Shown here one piece after another: positions 42,199 through 54,176 of a stretch of 64,000 nt of DNA. Below the pieces are notes generated by a model, which worked only from the letters and a program-made list of their open reading frames with translations, searched no databases and was not told the DNA's origin. A program made the translations under genes and the position numbers. This DNA comes from Cyanophora paradoxa CCMP329 (Eukaryota; Plantae; Glaucophyta): contig QPMI01000415.1 in NCBI GenBank assembly GCA_004431415.1, positions 1 through 64,000 of the forward strand. The letters are read 5' to 3'. Each line of letters starts with the position of its first letter. Position 1 is the stretch's first letter.

Positions 42199-44187
42199 TT
42201 ATAGCCTGTAGAACGTGTGAAACGTCTTGTTGCATTGAAAAAATCGTGATCGCTGTCTCTGTGGCCGTTTTCGCGCTCGCCGAAATTTCGGCCGAAATTT
42301 CGGAAATTTCGGCAGGCCGATTCCGAATTTCGGCGCTCCAAAATCCGAATTTCCGAAATTCGGCAACCCTAAGTAGTAGGCTAGCCTAGTAGTACCGTAG
42401 TACTACGGTACTAGCCTAGTAGTACTGCCGGGCCAGCCTGGCAGTGCCGGCGTCTGCCGCACTGCGGCACTGCATGCGCGCACTGCGGCAGTGTCGATCA
42501 TCGGATAATATATATATATACTCGATATCGATATCCATGGCGCCGGCCATGGCTTTCATCGATCGCGATATCGACTCAGTAACTCGGCGTCGACTCTCGC
42601 CGTCGAGTCGCGATCGGCGACTCGACGGCGAGCAACGTTCAACGGTTAACGTCGACGTCGGTGCCGCGAATCGGCGGTATGCCACTGTAATGCCAGCCTG
42701 GCACTGGCTGGCCCAGCCTGGCCATGGCCATGGCCGCTGGGCAGGTATGTGTTCCGTGTGGAAATGATACCCGTGTGGAAATCACTTTTCCACACCGGAC
42801 CAGGCCTCGTGTTGTTTTGATCATCCATGTGTCCTGGTGTGCCGGCTGTGCCGCGGCCCATGAGTCACACGAGATCTGGCCAATGGGCGCGCACATCGAT
42901 TCGATGTGCCGGCGCAAGCTTCCATGGGCTAGGCACGGCTAGCTAGCGCTAGCTAGCCGCGCGGGCTAGCAGCCGCTAGCTAGCCTCGAGCTCGGCGCTG
43001 TACGCGAGCCAGGAGCGCTCGCAGCCCGGAAGCAGCTACGTATGCAGGCAGCGCGGGCGCACTAGCTGAGACAGCGCAGCAGGCTCGCTAGCTGGCGCGA
43101 GCCTCGCAGCGGCGGGCGGCTCGATATCAGGGGTGCGCGCGCGCGCGCGCGCGACGGCGCACGCGCGCGGCCCGGCGGCGTGCGCGCCACGAGGATCCGC
43201 GCGCCCCTAGGCCTAGGCCTGGCCTGCGTATGCAGCCCGCAGCGCCGGCCCCGCCCACCCCTCGCCGCCCCGGCATGCCCTGCAGCTCGCCCTGGGCTAG
43301 CGCTCCGGCACGTCCGGCGGCCCCCCCGGCCCGGCCCTGACCCCCACCAGCTGCGCATATGCATATGCATACAGCCTGCAGCGCCGGCCGGGCCACACCC
43401 ACCCCCACCGCCCCCGGCACGCCCTGGCCTTGGGCCCCGGCACGCCCCGCGCGCCCCCCGGCCCTGCCCCTGCGCGCGCTCACGCGCCCCGGGCCCTAAG
43501 CCTAGGCCTAGGGCAGCAGCTGTGCCGTCCCAGCTGCAGCTCAGCACCGCCCGGCTGTGGGTCTGGATCTCCGCGGACCCCGCCCCGAGCCCGAGCGCTA
43601 GCCCAGGCCCCGGGCACGGGCCCCTGGGGGCGCCCCGCAGCGCCGGCCCCACCCGCAGCGCCGGCATGCCCTGCAGCTGGCCCGAGGGCCCCGGCACGCC
43701 CGCGGCCCCCCAGCCCCTGCCTCCCGAGTCCCCCAGCTGCATGGCCAGCTGCAGCCCGCTGGCGCCAGGTGCTCATGCCATGATGATATCGATCATGATC
43801 ATGATCAAGCAGGCCGGCAGCAGGCCCGGCCCTGGGCGCCGTGGCGCGCCCGGCGGGCCCGGGCCCGCGGCCCCCCTGGCCCGTCCATCCCCAGGCCTAG
43901 CTATAGGGGGGCTTCCGCCCCGCAGCCCCCCGCCCCGCCCTCCCCACCCCAGATTGATCCCGCCTCGGCCCTTGCCCCGCCCCCCTCCCCCCCCTCCCCC
44001 CCCCCCCCCTCCCCCCGCCTCATATCGATCCCGCCCCGGTCACTGTGGGCTATGGGCCGCTGAGGGAGAGCCCCGGCCCCATATCGATCCCGCCCCGGCC
44101 CCTATGGGCCTGTCTGCGAGCCCAGCCCGCAGTCCCCAGCCCCAATATTAATATTATCAAATCGGGCACATGTACATCGCGATCGCG

Positions 44188-44239
44188 CTGAAGTGTCCCC
44201 TACGTGTCATTCTAGAATGACACGTAGGGGACACTTCAG
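44188..44239. repeat. Perfect 52-bp palindrome
   Basis: ctgaagtgtcccctacgtgtcattct|agaatgacacgtaggggacacttcag, no spacer. Confidence 0.95.
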
Positions 44240-46257
44240 AGCATGGCATAGCGGGGCGGGGCACATCGGGGCATATGCATGGCGGTGGGGCATGGTTGGG
44301 CACGTTGGGGCACGTTGGGGCACGGCGGCGGGTTATGGTGGGGCACGTCAGGGCACGGCCGCAATTATTTCTGAAATCTCGTTCCAACAAGCGTTGCCCA
44401 GTGAAAGAGTGATATATGAGGCTTGTTTAAGCCTTTATAACAAAAAGGGCCACTGACTTGCCGTGCGCGTCAGTTGGGTCCGGGGAAGGGAATTTAACCT
44501 CGGCGCCGCGGCGAATCCGATGATCTGAAGATGTATACGTATACGTAGATACCGATCTTGAGAACAGGGACTTCAGGAAAGGAGCGTTAACAATTGCAAA
44601 GCCGCTGAGCTTGAGGAAGAAACTTAAGCTTGAAATGCAGAACTTAAGCTTAAGCTTCAGAGCCCTGAGAGAGGGCGGTCATCGAGCTGGAGGCTAGGGC
44701 AGAGGTAGGGCGCGGGCCCCCCCGGGGGCGGGGGATGGCTCGCAGGGCGCGGGCCGCCGGGGGCGCGCGGGGGATGGCTCGCACAGGCGGGGGATGGTGT
44801 GCTCCCGCGCAATCGAACCGCGGCCGTCGCGCGCGTGAGGCCCTGAGGCGCGGCGGGAGCACGGGTGCGCGTGTGCGCGGGTGTGCGGCTTGCAATTACC
44901 TAGAGGCTGGCCTCAAGCTCCGCGCGCGCGCAATCTGCATGCGCGGGCAAGCCTGGGCGCGGGCGCAGGGACGCTGCTCGAGCTCATGATCACGCTCCGC
45001 TCATGATCGGATATCATGATCAGAAAGCGGCCGGCAGCGGCTGCGCAGCGCTAGCGGGCCAGCTCAGCGGCTAGTGCGACCGGCTTAAGCTTGTGGCCCG
45101 CTCGCGCGCGGTCGGAGCGGCTGTGGCGTGCGCGGCTGGCGCGGCTAGCGTCAGCAGATCTAGACTGCCGCGCGCGCGAGAGGCGTGACAGTTCAGATCA
45201 TCGGCACAAGAGCGCTGAGAGCGCGCGAGCTGAAGAGGAAGCGGCCGGATCCCGGAGGGAGAAAGCGGCCTGCGTTGCGTCGCGCGAGAGGCTTGACAGT
45301 TGAAGCCGCGGCCGGCGCAGAGCTGAAGAGGAATGCGAGTGCGCTAGTGCGACTGGCTTGTGGCCGAGCTCGGGTGCGTTGACCGTGTCGAACCGAGCCG
45401 AGCTGTGGCGTGCGCGGCTGGCGCGCGGGGCTAGCGATAGCTGCAGCAGAGTGCAGTTGAGCGCTATCCGATCATCGGATCGCGAGCTGTGCGGGAGTGA
45501 GAAAGCGGCCGGGCGGGGCTGGCGGCGCGGGGGGGGGAAGTGGTAGGGGGGGTCCGTAAAAAGACTTTCCGCAGGGTAAGTTCGCACTCTCCAATGCGAT
45601 TGGCTAGCACGCGCGGCGTCCTCCTACGCGACCGCGCTCGCGCCCGACCTCGCTCTTGCAGTACGGAATGTCGAGCATGATGCAAGCATTGACCTCGAAC
45701 TGGTCCGGCCCGTATATCTGCTCCATGTGCCTCGCTGGACCCCTTTTTGTCCCGGGTGTTGGTGCCTGTTCCTGGAACACCCTTTGGTCGGACGGGACCG
45801 GGAGACACGGTTTCGGGGTCCCCTGGGGATGGGCTTTCAGCGTGTACCGCGCGGCCCGGGTTTTGCGGAGGTCGGGGAAATGGGATTTGGGGTAGGGTTG
45901 GGCCCGAGGGACAGGGACAGGGGAAGTGATTTTCCCTTCCCCAAATATACATGATGCTATTAAGTAGTAATGGAGTCACACACCGAGGTCAGTTTTCATG
46001 ATGACAGATTTGGTTGACACTCAGTCGTTAGGTTTGAGAGCTCGTCAGACATTTCGGCGGGTTCTTACGGGTTATGTTACTTTGCGAGTCCCGAACTTTT
46101 TATATATCCTGAAAGCCCTTTTCATTGTCGTTCTTATGATGTAATTTTATTTAATAGACCTGAATTCCATCAAAAGATATTCAGTTCGAAAAGAAACCAA
46201 TGTGGATGGCACATGCTGCCCTGGTCTCGCTCTTGCCATCCCCCTAGGGCCCGCGAA

Positions 46258-46813
46258 CCCCGGCTCATCTTATACATTATGAATCCATGTATAATACATG
46301 TTGTTTCCCAGTGCTCCGACGCAGGCGCGGGGCCCGCCCTGGGGAGAACGGGCGCGGTTCCGCGGGCCCATCCCCTCATGTGCCCCCCCCCCACTCCGTC
46401 GAGGCCGGCCTTGTGCCTCACGCGCGGCTCCCCCGGCTCATCTTATACATTATGAATCCATGTATAATACATGTTGTTTCCCAGTGCTCCGACGCAGGCG
46501 CGGGGCCCGCCCTGGGGAGAACGGGCGCGGTTCCGCGGGCCCATCCCCTCATGTGCCCCCCCCCCACTCCGTCGAGGCCGGCCTTGTGCCTCACGCGCGG
46601 CTCCCCCGGCTCATCTTATACATTATGAATCCATGTATAATACATGTTGTTTCCCAGTGCTCCGACGCAGGCGCGGGGCCCGCCCTGGGGAGAACGGGCG
46701 CGGTTCCGCGGGCCCATCCCCTCATGTGCCCCCCCCCACTCCGTCGAGGCCGGCCTTGTGTCTCACGCGCGGCGCCCCCGGCTCATCTTATACATTATGA
46801 ATCCATGTATAAT
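46258..46813. repeat. 173-bp tandem repeat, ~3.2 copies
   Basis: cggctcatcttatacattatgaatccatgtataat at 46261, 46434, 46607 and 46779. Confidence 0.95.
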
Positions 46814-48899
46814 GCATGCTGTCGCAGCCTCGCCGGGCCGGCCCGGGCCCGCTTGGCGCAGCAGCCCGCCCTGGGGGTGGACGGGGCCGGGGGCCCGCAG
46901 GGCACGCCACGGCCGGGCGCCCGGGCCCGCTGCCGAGCACCTGCGAGCTGTATACGCAGCTGGGGAAGACAGGGGCCGGGGGGGCCGGAGGGCGTGCCGG
47001 GGCCCAGGGCGTACGCGTGCCGGGCGGCGGCGGGGATGGGTGGGGCCGGCGCCTGCGCCAGCGTGCTGCATGCGCAGCTGGGGGAGGAAGGGGCCGCGGG
47101 GGCCGTGGGGCGTGCCGGGGCCCAGGGTGTGGCAGGCGGCGGCGGGGGGTGCATATGGATGGGGCCGGCGCTGCAGCTGCGGGCTGCATGCGCAGCGGTG
47201 GAGGGGGTGCAGGGGCCGGGCCGGGGGACCGCGGGACGTGCCGGGGCCCAGGGCGTGCCGGGCGGCGGCCCGCGGCAGGGGATGGGAGGGGCCCGGCCGG
47301 CGCTGCCGCAGTGCGGGCTGCACGCACAGCTGGTGGGATGCAGGGGCCGGGGGCGCGCGGGGCGTGCCGGGGGGCGGCGGCCGCGGGGGTGGTCGGGGCC
47401 GGCACTGCGGGCCTGGGCTGCATGCGCAGTTCATTATGCCAGGCCAGGCCTAGGCCTAGGGACGCGCGGATACGTGGCCCTGGCGCGCGCGTCGACGCCG
47501 CCGGGCCGCGCGCGCGCCGCTGCGAGGCTCGCGCCAGCTAGCGAGCCTGCTGCGCTGTCCTAGCTAGGTCTGTAGCTGCTTCGATCCGGGCTGCGAGCGC
47601 TCCCTGGGCTCGCGCACTGCGCCGAGCTCCAGACTAGCGCTGCTGGAGCTAGCTAGCGGCTGCTAGCCTAGTAGCCCGCGCGGCTCTAGCGCTAGCCCTA
47701 GCTAGAGCGCTCCTAGCTATATAGCTAGCGCTAGCTAGCCGTGCCTGGCCCATGGCAGCTTGCGCCGGCATATCGAATCGATGTGCGCGCCCATTGGCCA
47801 GATCTCGTGTGACTCATGGGCCGCGGCACAGCCGGCACACCATGGCCAGGACACACAAGCAGGGGGGCTCCGCCCCCCCCGCACCCCCCCCGCTTGCTAG
47901 CTGGGTACAGACGGTACAGCACAGCTCGTTTTATTCCCCATGGCCAATCGACTCGACATGCCCGTTGTATGGGCAAGGGCAGCCGGCGATCACGATGGGT
48001 ACGCCCACCGTAGATTTTTAAAAAAACAAAACGATAACTTTTCACGTATTCTTTTATAAAATATGAGTCATTATTATACTAATACCTGTTCAAAACTTAA
48101 TTGCTTAATAACTTTCGATGGGATCACCATTTTGTGCTAATTTAAAAGATCCATGAAGGTAATTTGACCAATCGCCAAATCTCCCGAGTTTCAGACTGAA
48201 GCTTTTTGACTGGACTCGCTGTAGTAATATATTGGCATTTTCTGCCAGCGAAAGGGTCCCATACTGTTGTAAACGATTGGCATTTCCTGCCAGCGAACGG
48301 GTCCCATGGCATTTTCTGCCAGCGAAAGGGTCCCATGGGTACACTAAACCATAGTACTACGCAGACTGAAACCGCTTGTTTTTTTCCTACTCAACAAATG
48401 AAAGAGACAAATACACCATTGGTCAATGTTTCCAGTGGCATTGTTTTGCTTCCCCAAGCTCAGACAGGCCATAGTTTGCAGGTCACAAACGTCAAATTCG
48501 GCAGCAAAAGGTAAGTTAGAATATCCTAGTTTCAAAATCCCAGCCTGGCCTGGTAGTGTGGTGAAAAGGTACTATAGTTCATTGTACTACTGTTATGGAT
48601 GATCAAACTTGAAAACAACACGAGGCCTGGTGTGGAAAAGTGATTTCCACACGGGTATCATTTCCACACGGAACATATGCACATGCCATGACTCTCATCA
48701 CTGAGTCATCAGTGATGCGCGCGCAGTTTCAAGAGTTTCTCGCGATCCGATGATCGCAACTTTTGTTTCGCAAGTTCGGTGGCAACTTCAAGCCTAGCCT
48801 TACGGTACGGTGGCAACTTCAAGCCCAGCCTTGATCATGACTCTGTGAAGCTTCGGATTCAAATTCCAACTCATGATCAATTGCTAGCTATACGTGGGC

Positions 48900-50270
48900 C
48901 TAGGGCGGGGCGGGCGGCCCGCATGCGCATGCGCAGCGGGTCGGCCACCTCCGCCGCGTCGCTCCCGCATGCAGCCGCAAGCTTAAGATCTAGAGCCTCC
49001 TCGAGGGCGGGGCCGGGGACCCCCGCAGGAGGGAGGCGGCGCCGGCGGCCGCGGGGAGGCCGATCGCGAAGCCTCATTTCGCGTACCCCGACCTGGAGAG
49101 AAAGTAGGTGGCGGGCTCCTGCCCGCTGGGCGCCTCTCCGGCTGCCGCGAATCGCCTCGGCGGCGCCTCCATCCCTCCTTTAGCTGGTTAGCCGCGCGTC
49201 CGTTAGGAATCCGCTCCGTGGGTCGGTTCGGCGAGCCACTCCAGCGGACACCAGCGGCGGCTTTAGCAGCTGCTCTCTCGTTCAGCCCAAGCACTTCTCT
49301 GCGGTAGCGATCGGCCGCCCGCGGCTATGGGGTCGGCGACCTGCGCTGCGCCCGCGCAGATGATCGTCGGTCGTGTGAGTGCACGCCCGCGTCGCGGCCG
49401 TGGGCGTCGCGGCCGCACAGATGCTTGGATTCCTGGCGAGGCGATGTGCTTCTGAGCACTCGGGCGGCCCGGGGCCTCCCAACCCCCGCCGCAGCGGATT
49501 CCGCGTGCGCACGCGCGCCAGCTGGAGGAGGTATCTCTCGGCCGAGGAGCACAGCTTGCTGGTCTCGGCTGGCGACGCTGTGCGCCCGCCGGTTTTCACC
49601 CGGGCTCTCACGGGCTCCGGTTTCCGGCCCTCCCTGGGGTTAGCTGGCTTTGTTCCCTTAGTGTGCATCTTCCCTATCAGATGGAGGGCTATAGTTCAGG
49701 CTGCGCGGCTCCAACCCCATATCCTCGCTTATACCTGGGTTCTCTCCTGTAGGCTCCCACGTCTTGAGGGGGGTTATGGTTGCTCTGTCCTGATTTGGCT
49801 CTCTAGGTAGGAGTAAGTAGCGTTGCTAGGTGTGTGTAGGTCGCTTTCCTCAGTACAATAGCTCCACCCTGTCCGGTTTCTGATGGCTAGCATTGCGCCT
49901 TAGCCTAAATTGTTACCTTTCGACATGACACAGTCAGACACCCCAGTTACATCACTAGCTGTACTGTCTCGGTGTGTGCGAATTCAGTGATGAGCCGATC
50001 GCGAAGCCTAGGCCAGGGCCCCGCCGCCTCCGCCGCCGCCCGCAGCGCGGGGCCCCCTCCGGGGAGCAGCGCCAGCGTCAGGGAGATCTAGAGCTCGAGG
50101 GACGCCCCCCCCCCCCCGCTTCCCCCCCCCTTCCCCCCCCCCCCCCCCCCCCCCCCGAGGAGCAGCGCCAGCGTCAGGGAGAGCCCGAGGGGCGCCCGGC
50201 GGCCGCGGGGGGCTTCAAGGCTTCCCCCGGCCCCGGCCCCTCCCCCGCCGGCGTGCACGTGCCTGCACCT
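48900..50270 (-). pseudogene. Degenerate fragments of the F-box gene at 54177-56036
   Basis: 48903-49060 resembles 54570-54700, and 50020-50260 resembles 54260-54375. Confidence 0.55.
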
Positions 50271-50905
50271 GCAGCCTGCAGCTGCGCATGCGGTCGCCTA
50301 GGCCCAGCCGCCTAGACTGCAGGCCCGCATGCGCAGCAGCCGCACCGGTACTGTAAGGCTATTATTTTAGACGGGTATTAATATAGACGTCGGCGCGGAT
50401 AGACGAGGTAACCCATTAGTATTCGTCTAACTTAATCCTCGCCTAACTGTCCCTCAATTTGCAAGGTATACCATATATATATTACCGTTTGTATGGAGCG
50501 ACCAGCAGCCTATAGCTAACTTTGTCCACATCTATTGTGGTGGGTGGGCAAATTAAACGTCGACGTCGAAGTTAAAACCCGTCTATATAATACTGTAAGG
50601 CTATTATTATTGACGGGTTTAAAATTCGACGTTTGCTCGGGGGGGGAGGGGGGGGAGGAGGAGGGGGAGGGGGGGGGAGGGGGGGCTACTCTAGATCTCG
50701 TGCTCGGGCTGGGCTCGTGCTAGCGCTGGATCTAGTTCTGCTGAAAGGGAAAGAAGGCGGTCGAGCTGAGCTGTCGGGAAAGAGTCGGTTTGCCAATTGC
50801 AAGTTGGGCTTATAATTACAAACGTGCTAGTCTGGTGTTGGAAGCGGAAAAGGAAGAGGAAATGAAACGGTCGAGCTGGGCTATCTGGGAAGAATTTGCT
50901 AGGGA

Positions 50906-51568
50906 TTACAAGCCGCTGAGCGTGTTAATTATAATCTGGTTTTGTGTGGGCTTTTCTATTGGGTACAACGGTATCGTAGTATACGTACTAGTACTACGTC
51001 GCCGCGTCGACGTCGGCGGTGAGGCCGCTCGCGATCGGGGGCGCTCCCTCCTGGCCATGGGCGGCGGCCGCGGCGGGTCTCTCGGCGAGAAGTGGAGGCG
51101 TGTCGGACCGGTGCCGGGCCGAGCCGGGGGCGTCGACGCCGGCGTCGCCGGGCCGGGGCCGGGGGGGGGACGCCAGCCGCCCCCGGGCCCTAGGCCTCCA
51201 GCGCCCTCTCGGCTGCTCCTTCCTCGGCGGCCGCGCGCCGCGCCGCCTGCAAGAAGCGGGAATTTGAGGGGGGGGATAGAGAGGAGGGGGGTACGCCGCG
51301 GCGAATTCGAACCTGCCAGGGCCGGAACTCGGCGAGGGTCGCGTAGGACACGGGGGCCCCCCCGCCCCTCGAGACGAACGCGTGCAGGTCCCGGACGTCC
51401 TATAAACGTGTACCCCTCCCAGATCTTCACGCCAGACTTCCACGGGGGGAAGAGGGGGGTACGTACGTTGGGGTCATGGCGGTGGAAGGATACGGGGAAC
51501 TCGTTCGGGTACTCCCGTGCGTGCCCGTGCCACCGCTCCCGCGCCGCCTGCGTGCAGGGGTACGTGTG

Positions 51569-51620
<52 letters not shown>

Positions 51621-53371
51621 CGCGGGCATTCCGCCCCGCCCCGCCCCGGCCCGCCCCGCGCAAACCGGGTCCGAGGCATTGCCCCCCCCGGGGGCTGCCT
51701 GGACGATGTTGTCGATGTTGCTGCCTGGAACCTGCGGGGGGTACGCGCCGAAAGCTGGAGGGGGGGGGGGGGGGGCGGCCAAGCGCTCGAACCAGCCGCC
51801 CTGGCGCGGGGAGGTCGGATCGAGGGGAGGGGTATAGTGAATGTCGTGGAGGGCGGACCTTCGCCAGGTCGGGGCTGGGCCCGCCCATCATCTCGACGCA
51901 AATGCCGACGCGGCTGTCCCCGTACCTGTTTTTAGAACATCAGCACTAGTTCTGAATTAATCTATAAATAAAAGGAAGCGAAGCGAAGTAAATTAATCAG
52001 AAACAGTTTGAATTCGAATTCTGAACTTCTTATTAAGAGAAGCGCAATTGTACATGTTAATTAGAGGGCGCAGAGGGCGCACGCGATGTGGGCGAGCCGC
52101 TCGATGCACTCGTCGAGCCGCTTGTGCAGGCGCTGCATGAGCGGCGCGCTCAGCAGGTAGCCCCCGCCGCCCTGCCCGAACTGCGAACGAAGTCAGCTGA
52201 GTCGGCCTGGCAGGAAGCCGAACGCGGCTCGCGAGGGGAGCTGGGGCAAGGGCCACGCGCCCACGTGCCTCCGTCTCCGTACTGGTTCACCTGGGCCGAG
52301 CCCGAGCGGGCACCTTTATCAGGGCCTAGGAAGAAGAATCCGAAGGCGGAGGGGTACGCACCTGCCCGACGTACTCCTCGCGGCTGGCGTTCAGGCGCCG
52401 CGTGAAGTTCAGAAGGTTGGGTACGATCACGAACTGGAGCGCCAGAATCATGATCAGGAGCGACATTTCACAGCGGGCGAAAATCAAAGCGAGATTCGAT
52501 CCAGCAAGCGCTAGCGCAGCACCGTGTCGTCGTCCGCTCGCATGTACCTGGGATCGAAAGTCACTCGGGCGCGCCGCGGACCTGCGGCGGGACTGAGGGA
52601 GCGGTGCGCGGACCACTTCTTGTTCGGGTGGAGCTCGTAGAGGCGCTGGAGGGCGGGCAGGTCCTTCCAGGCTCCGCCCCCCCCGAAGCGCTCGCTCGGC
52701 TGCGGCCTCAGCACGTGCGCGCCTGGGAGGCGCTCCTGAGGCGAGCGAGCGCTTTGAGCGCGCGGCCGCGGGACGAGCCGACTCGGCGAGCCGAACAGGG
52801 CGCGCGGGGGCCCGGCGCGTCTGACCGTGGAATCCGAGAAGTATTCAAGAGCACTCAGCTGGCGGCTGCGCGGCCGGTATGTCTAGTGCTGGGAACACAT
52901 GTACAAGATATCAACTGCAGCGCACCCCCACGTCGCTCGGATGGCGCTGGTTCTCGTCTCGTGGAACTAGACGCCCGACAGCGCGGATCGGCCGCGGCAA
53001 AACAGAGCCCATTGTACAAGCGCAGGTCGTCGCACCTGGGGGGCCGTAAGCACAGCCACTGCGAGCTCGTCCTCTCGGTCCAGGGAGAGCTGCGGGACCG
53101 GAGGAGTGAACAACGAGCTCGAGGGCGGATCGGAAGCGGACGGCTGGGGCGGATTTAAACAGCTAAAGCTAGCGCTGATCATCGGATGTACCGGCGCAAG
53201 GAAGCGCCCCCGGAAGTCCTGCAGCGCCGAGCGCCGGCGCGACCCGGCGCGCGGGCTCAATTGCAATTCTAGATCTTGCGCGACCAATTGCAAGAGCTGT
53301 ACAAGCAGCAGCGCGAAGAGAGATGCAATTGCGAGGGACGCGAGCAGCCGGGCGGGCCTCGGCCGCTTCAT
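50906..53371 (-). CDS. Fringe-like/GT31 glycosyltransferase copy A (multi-exon; ends approximate; may be degenerate)
   Basis: Type II TM anchor MKRPRPARLLASLAIASLFALLLV; WKDLPALQRLYELHPNKKW-intron-YMRADDDT; GGGGYLLS; YGDSRVGIC; PVSFH. Confidence 0.65.
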
Positions 53372-54176
53372 CCAGCCTCTGGTGACTCTGGTGAGTCTGG
53401 TCTCAATTCTGAGCGAAGCGAATTAAGGAGAGACTTAATGAGGCGGTACTACGGTATACGTATGTATATACGTATACGTATATTCTGCCGCAGTGACTCG
53501 GTGACGGCGTGACGGCGTGACGGCGTGACGCCGTGACGGACCCGAGGTTGCATGCGAACTTGGAATTCGAATTCGAACGGCGCGCGCCGCGCCGCGCCTA
53601 CCGTAGTACTAGTACGGCATAACTGATGCGCGCTCGCTCCAGATCCACAAACGCGACGGCGCGGCAAAGTGATCATCCGATGATCATGCTTCTGCCGACC
53701 TGCTCATGAGCTCGTCGCCCAGCTCGGCCCGGCGGCCGGGCAGCCGACATCGCCAGCTTGCGCATGCGCAGCACTGCAGCAGAGGCAGATCTAGACTTAA
53801 TTTCACGTATCGATATCCGGGGCAGAGGCAGACTTGAAATAGGCAGAAAGGCAGCAGGCAGCCGGACCGCGCCCCAGGCTCCTCACTGGCAGCGCCGACT
53901 CAGAGTGCCTCAGCGCCGAGTCCGACGGTCAGCGGCTGCAGGGCAGCTCATGATCAGGCTGCTCAGCGGCTCAGCGGCAGCTCACCGAGATCTAGAGTCG
54001 CGCGGGCGCAGCTGCACAGGCAGCGCTAGCACAGTGCAGCGCTCAGTGCGCCGCTCACCGGTACCGTGACTGAGTCACTGCCAGGCTGAGTCAGCGGTTC
54101 GCGATCGCGACTCGGCGAGTCGCAGGCCCGGGGACTCCACAGCAACGTCTAGATTTCCATATGCATGGCTACTGCT

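Larger units (their letters stand above)
15034..42371 (+). mobile_element. Internally deleted hAT DNA transposon (~1.2 kb without the nested PLV-2)
   Basis: TIRs tagggttaccg (15034) and cggcaacccta (ends 42371); 8-bp TSD agtagtag at 15026-15033 and 42372-42379; clustered ccgaaattt subterminal repeats at both ends; remnant of the hAT dimerisation domain. Confidence 0.9.
42828..47855. repeat. Long degenerate inverted repeat pair (~42828-43700 vs ~47100-47855)
   Basis: gtgccggctgtgccgcggcccatgagtcacacgagatctggccaatggg is mirrored at ~47790-47840; similarity decays inward. Confidence 0.8.
42750..48675. mobile_element. Non-autonomous TIR element with TGT..ACA ends and 4-bp TSD (Ginger-like)
   Basis: ~78-bp imperfect TIRs (tgttccgtgtggaaatgatacccgtgtggaaatcacttttccacacc) at 42750 and ending 48675; tatg on both flanks; no transposase recognised. 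Confidence 0.65.

Noticed and set aside
43000-47600. Long Pro/Arg/Gly/Ala-rich ORFs
   Set aside because: Stop-poor, very GC-rich repeat DNA open in many frames, with no domain motifs.
51570-51618. (GA)n tract encoding RERERE
   Set aside because: Microsatellite expansion absent from copy B; not a separate gene.
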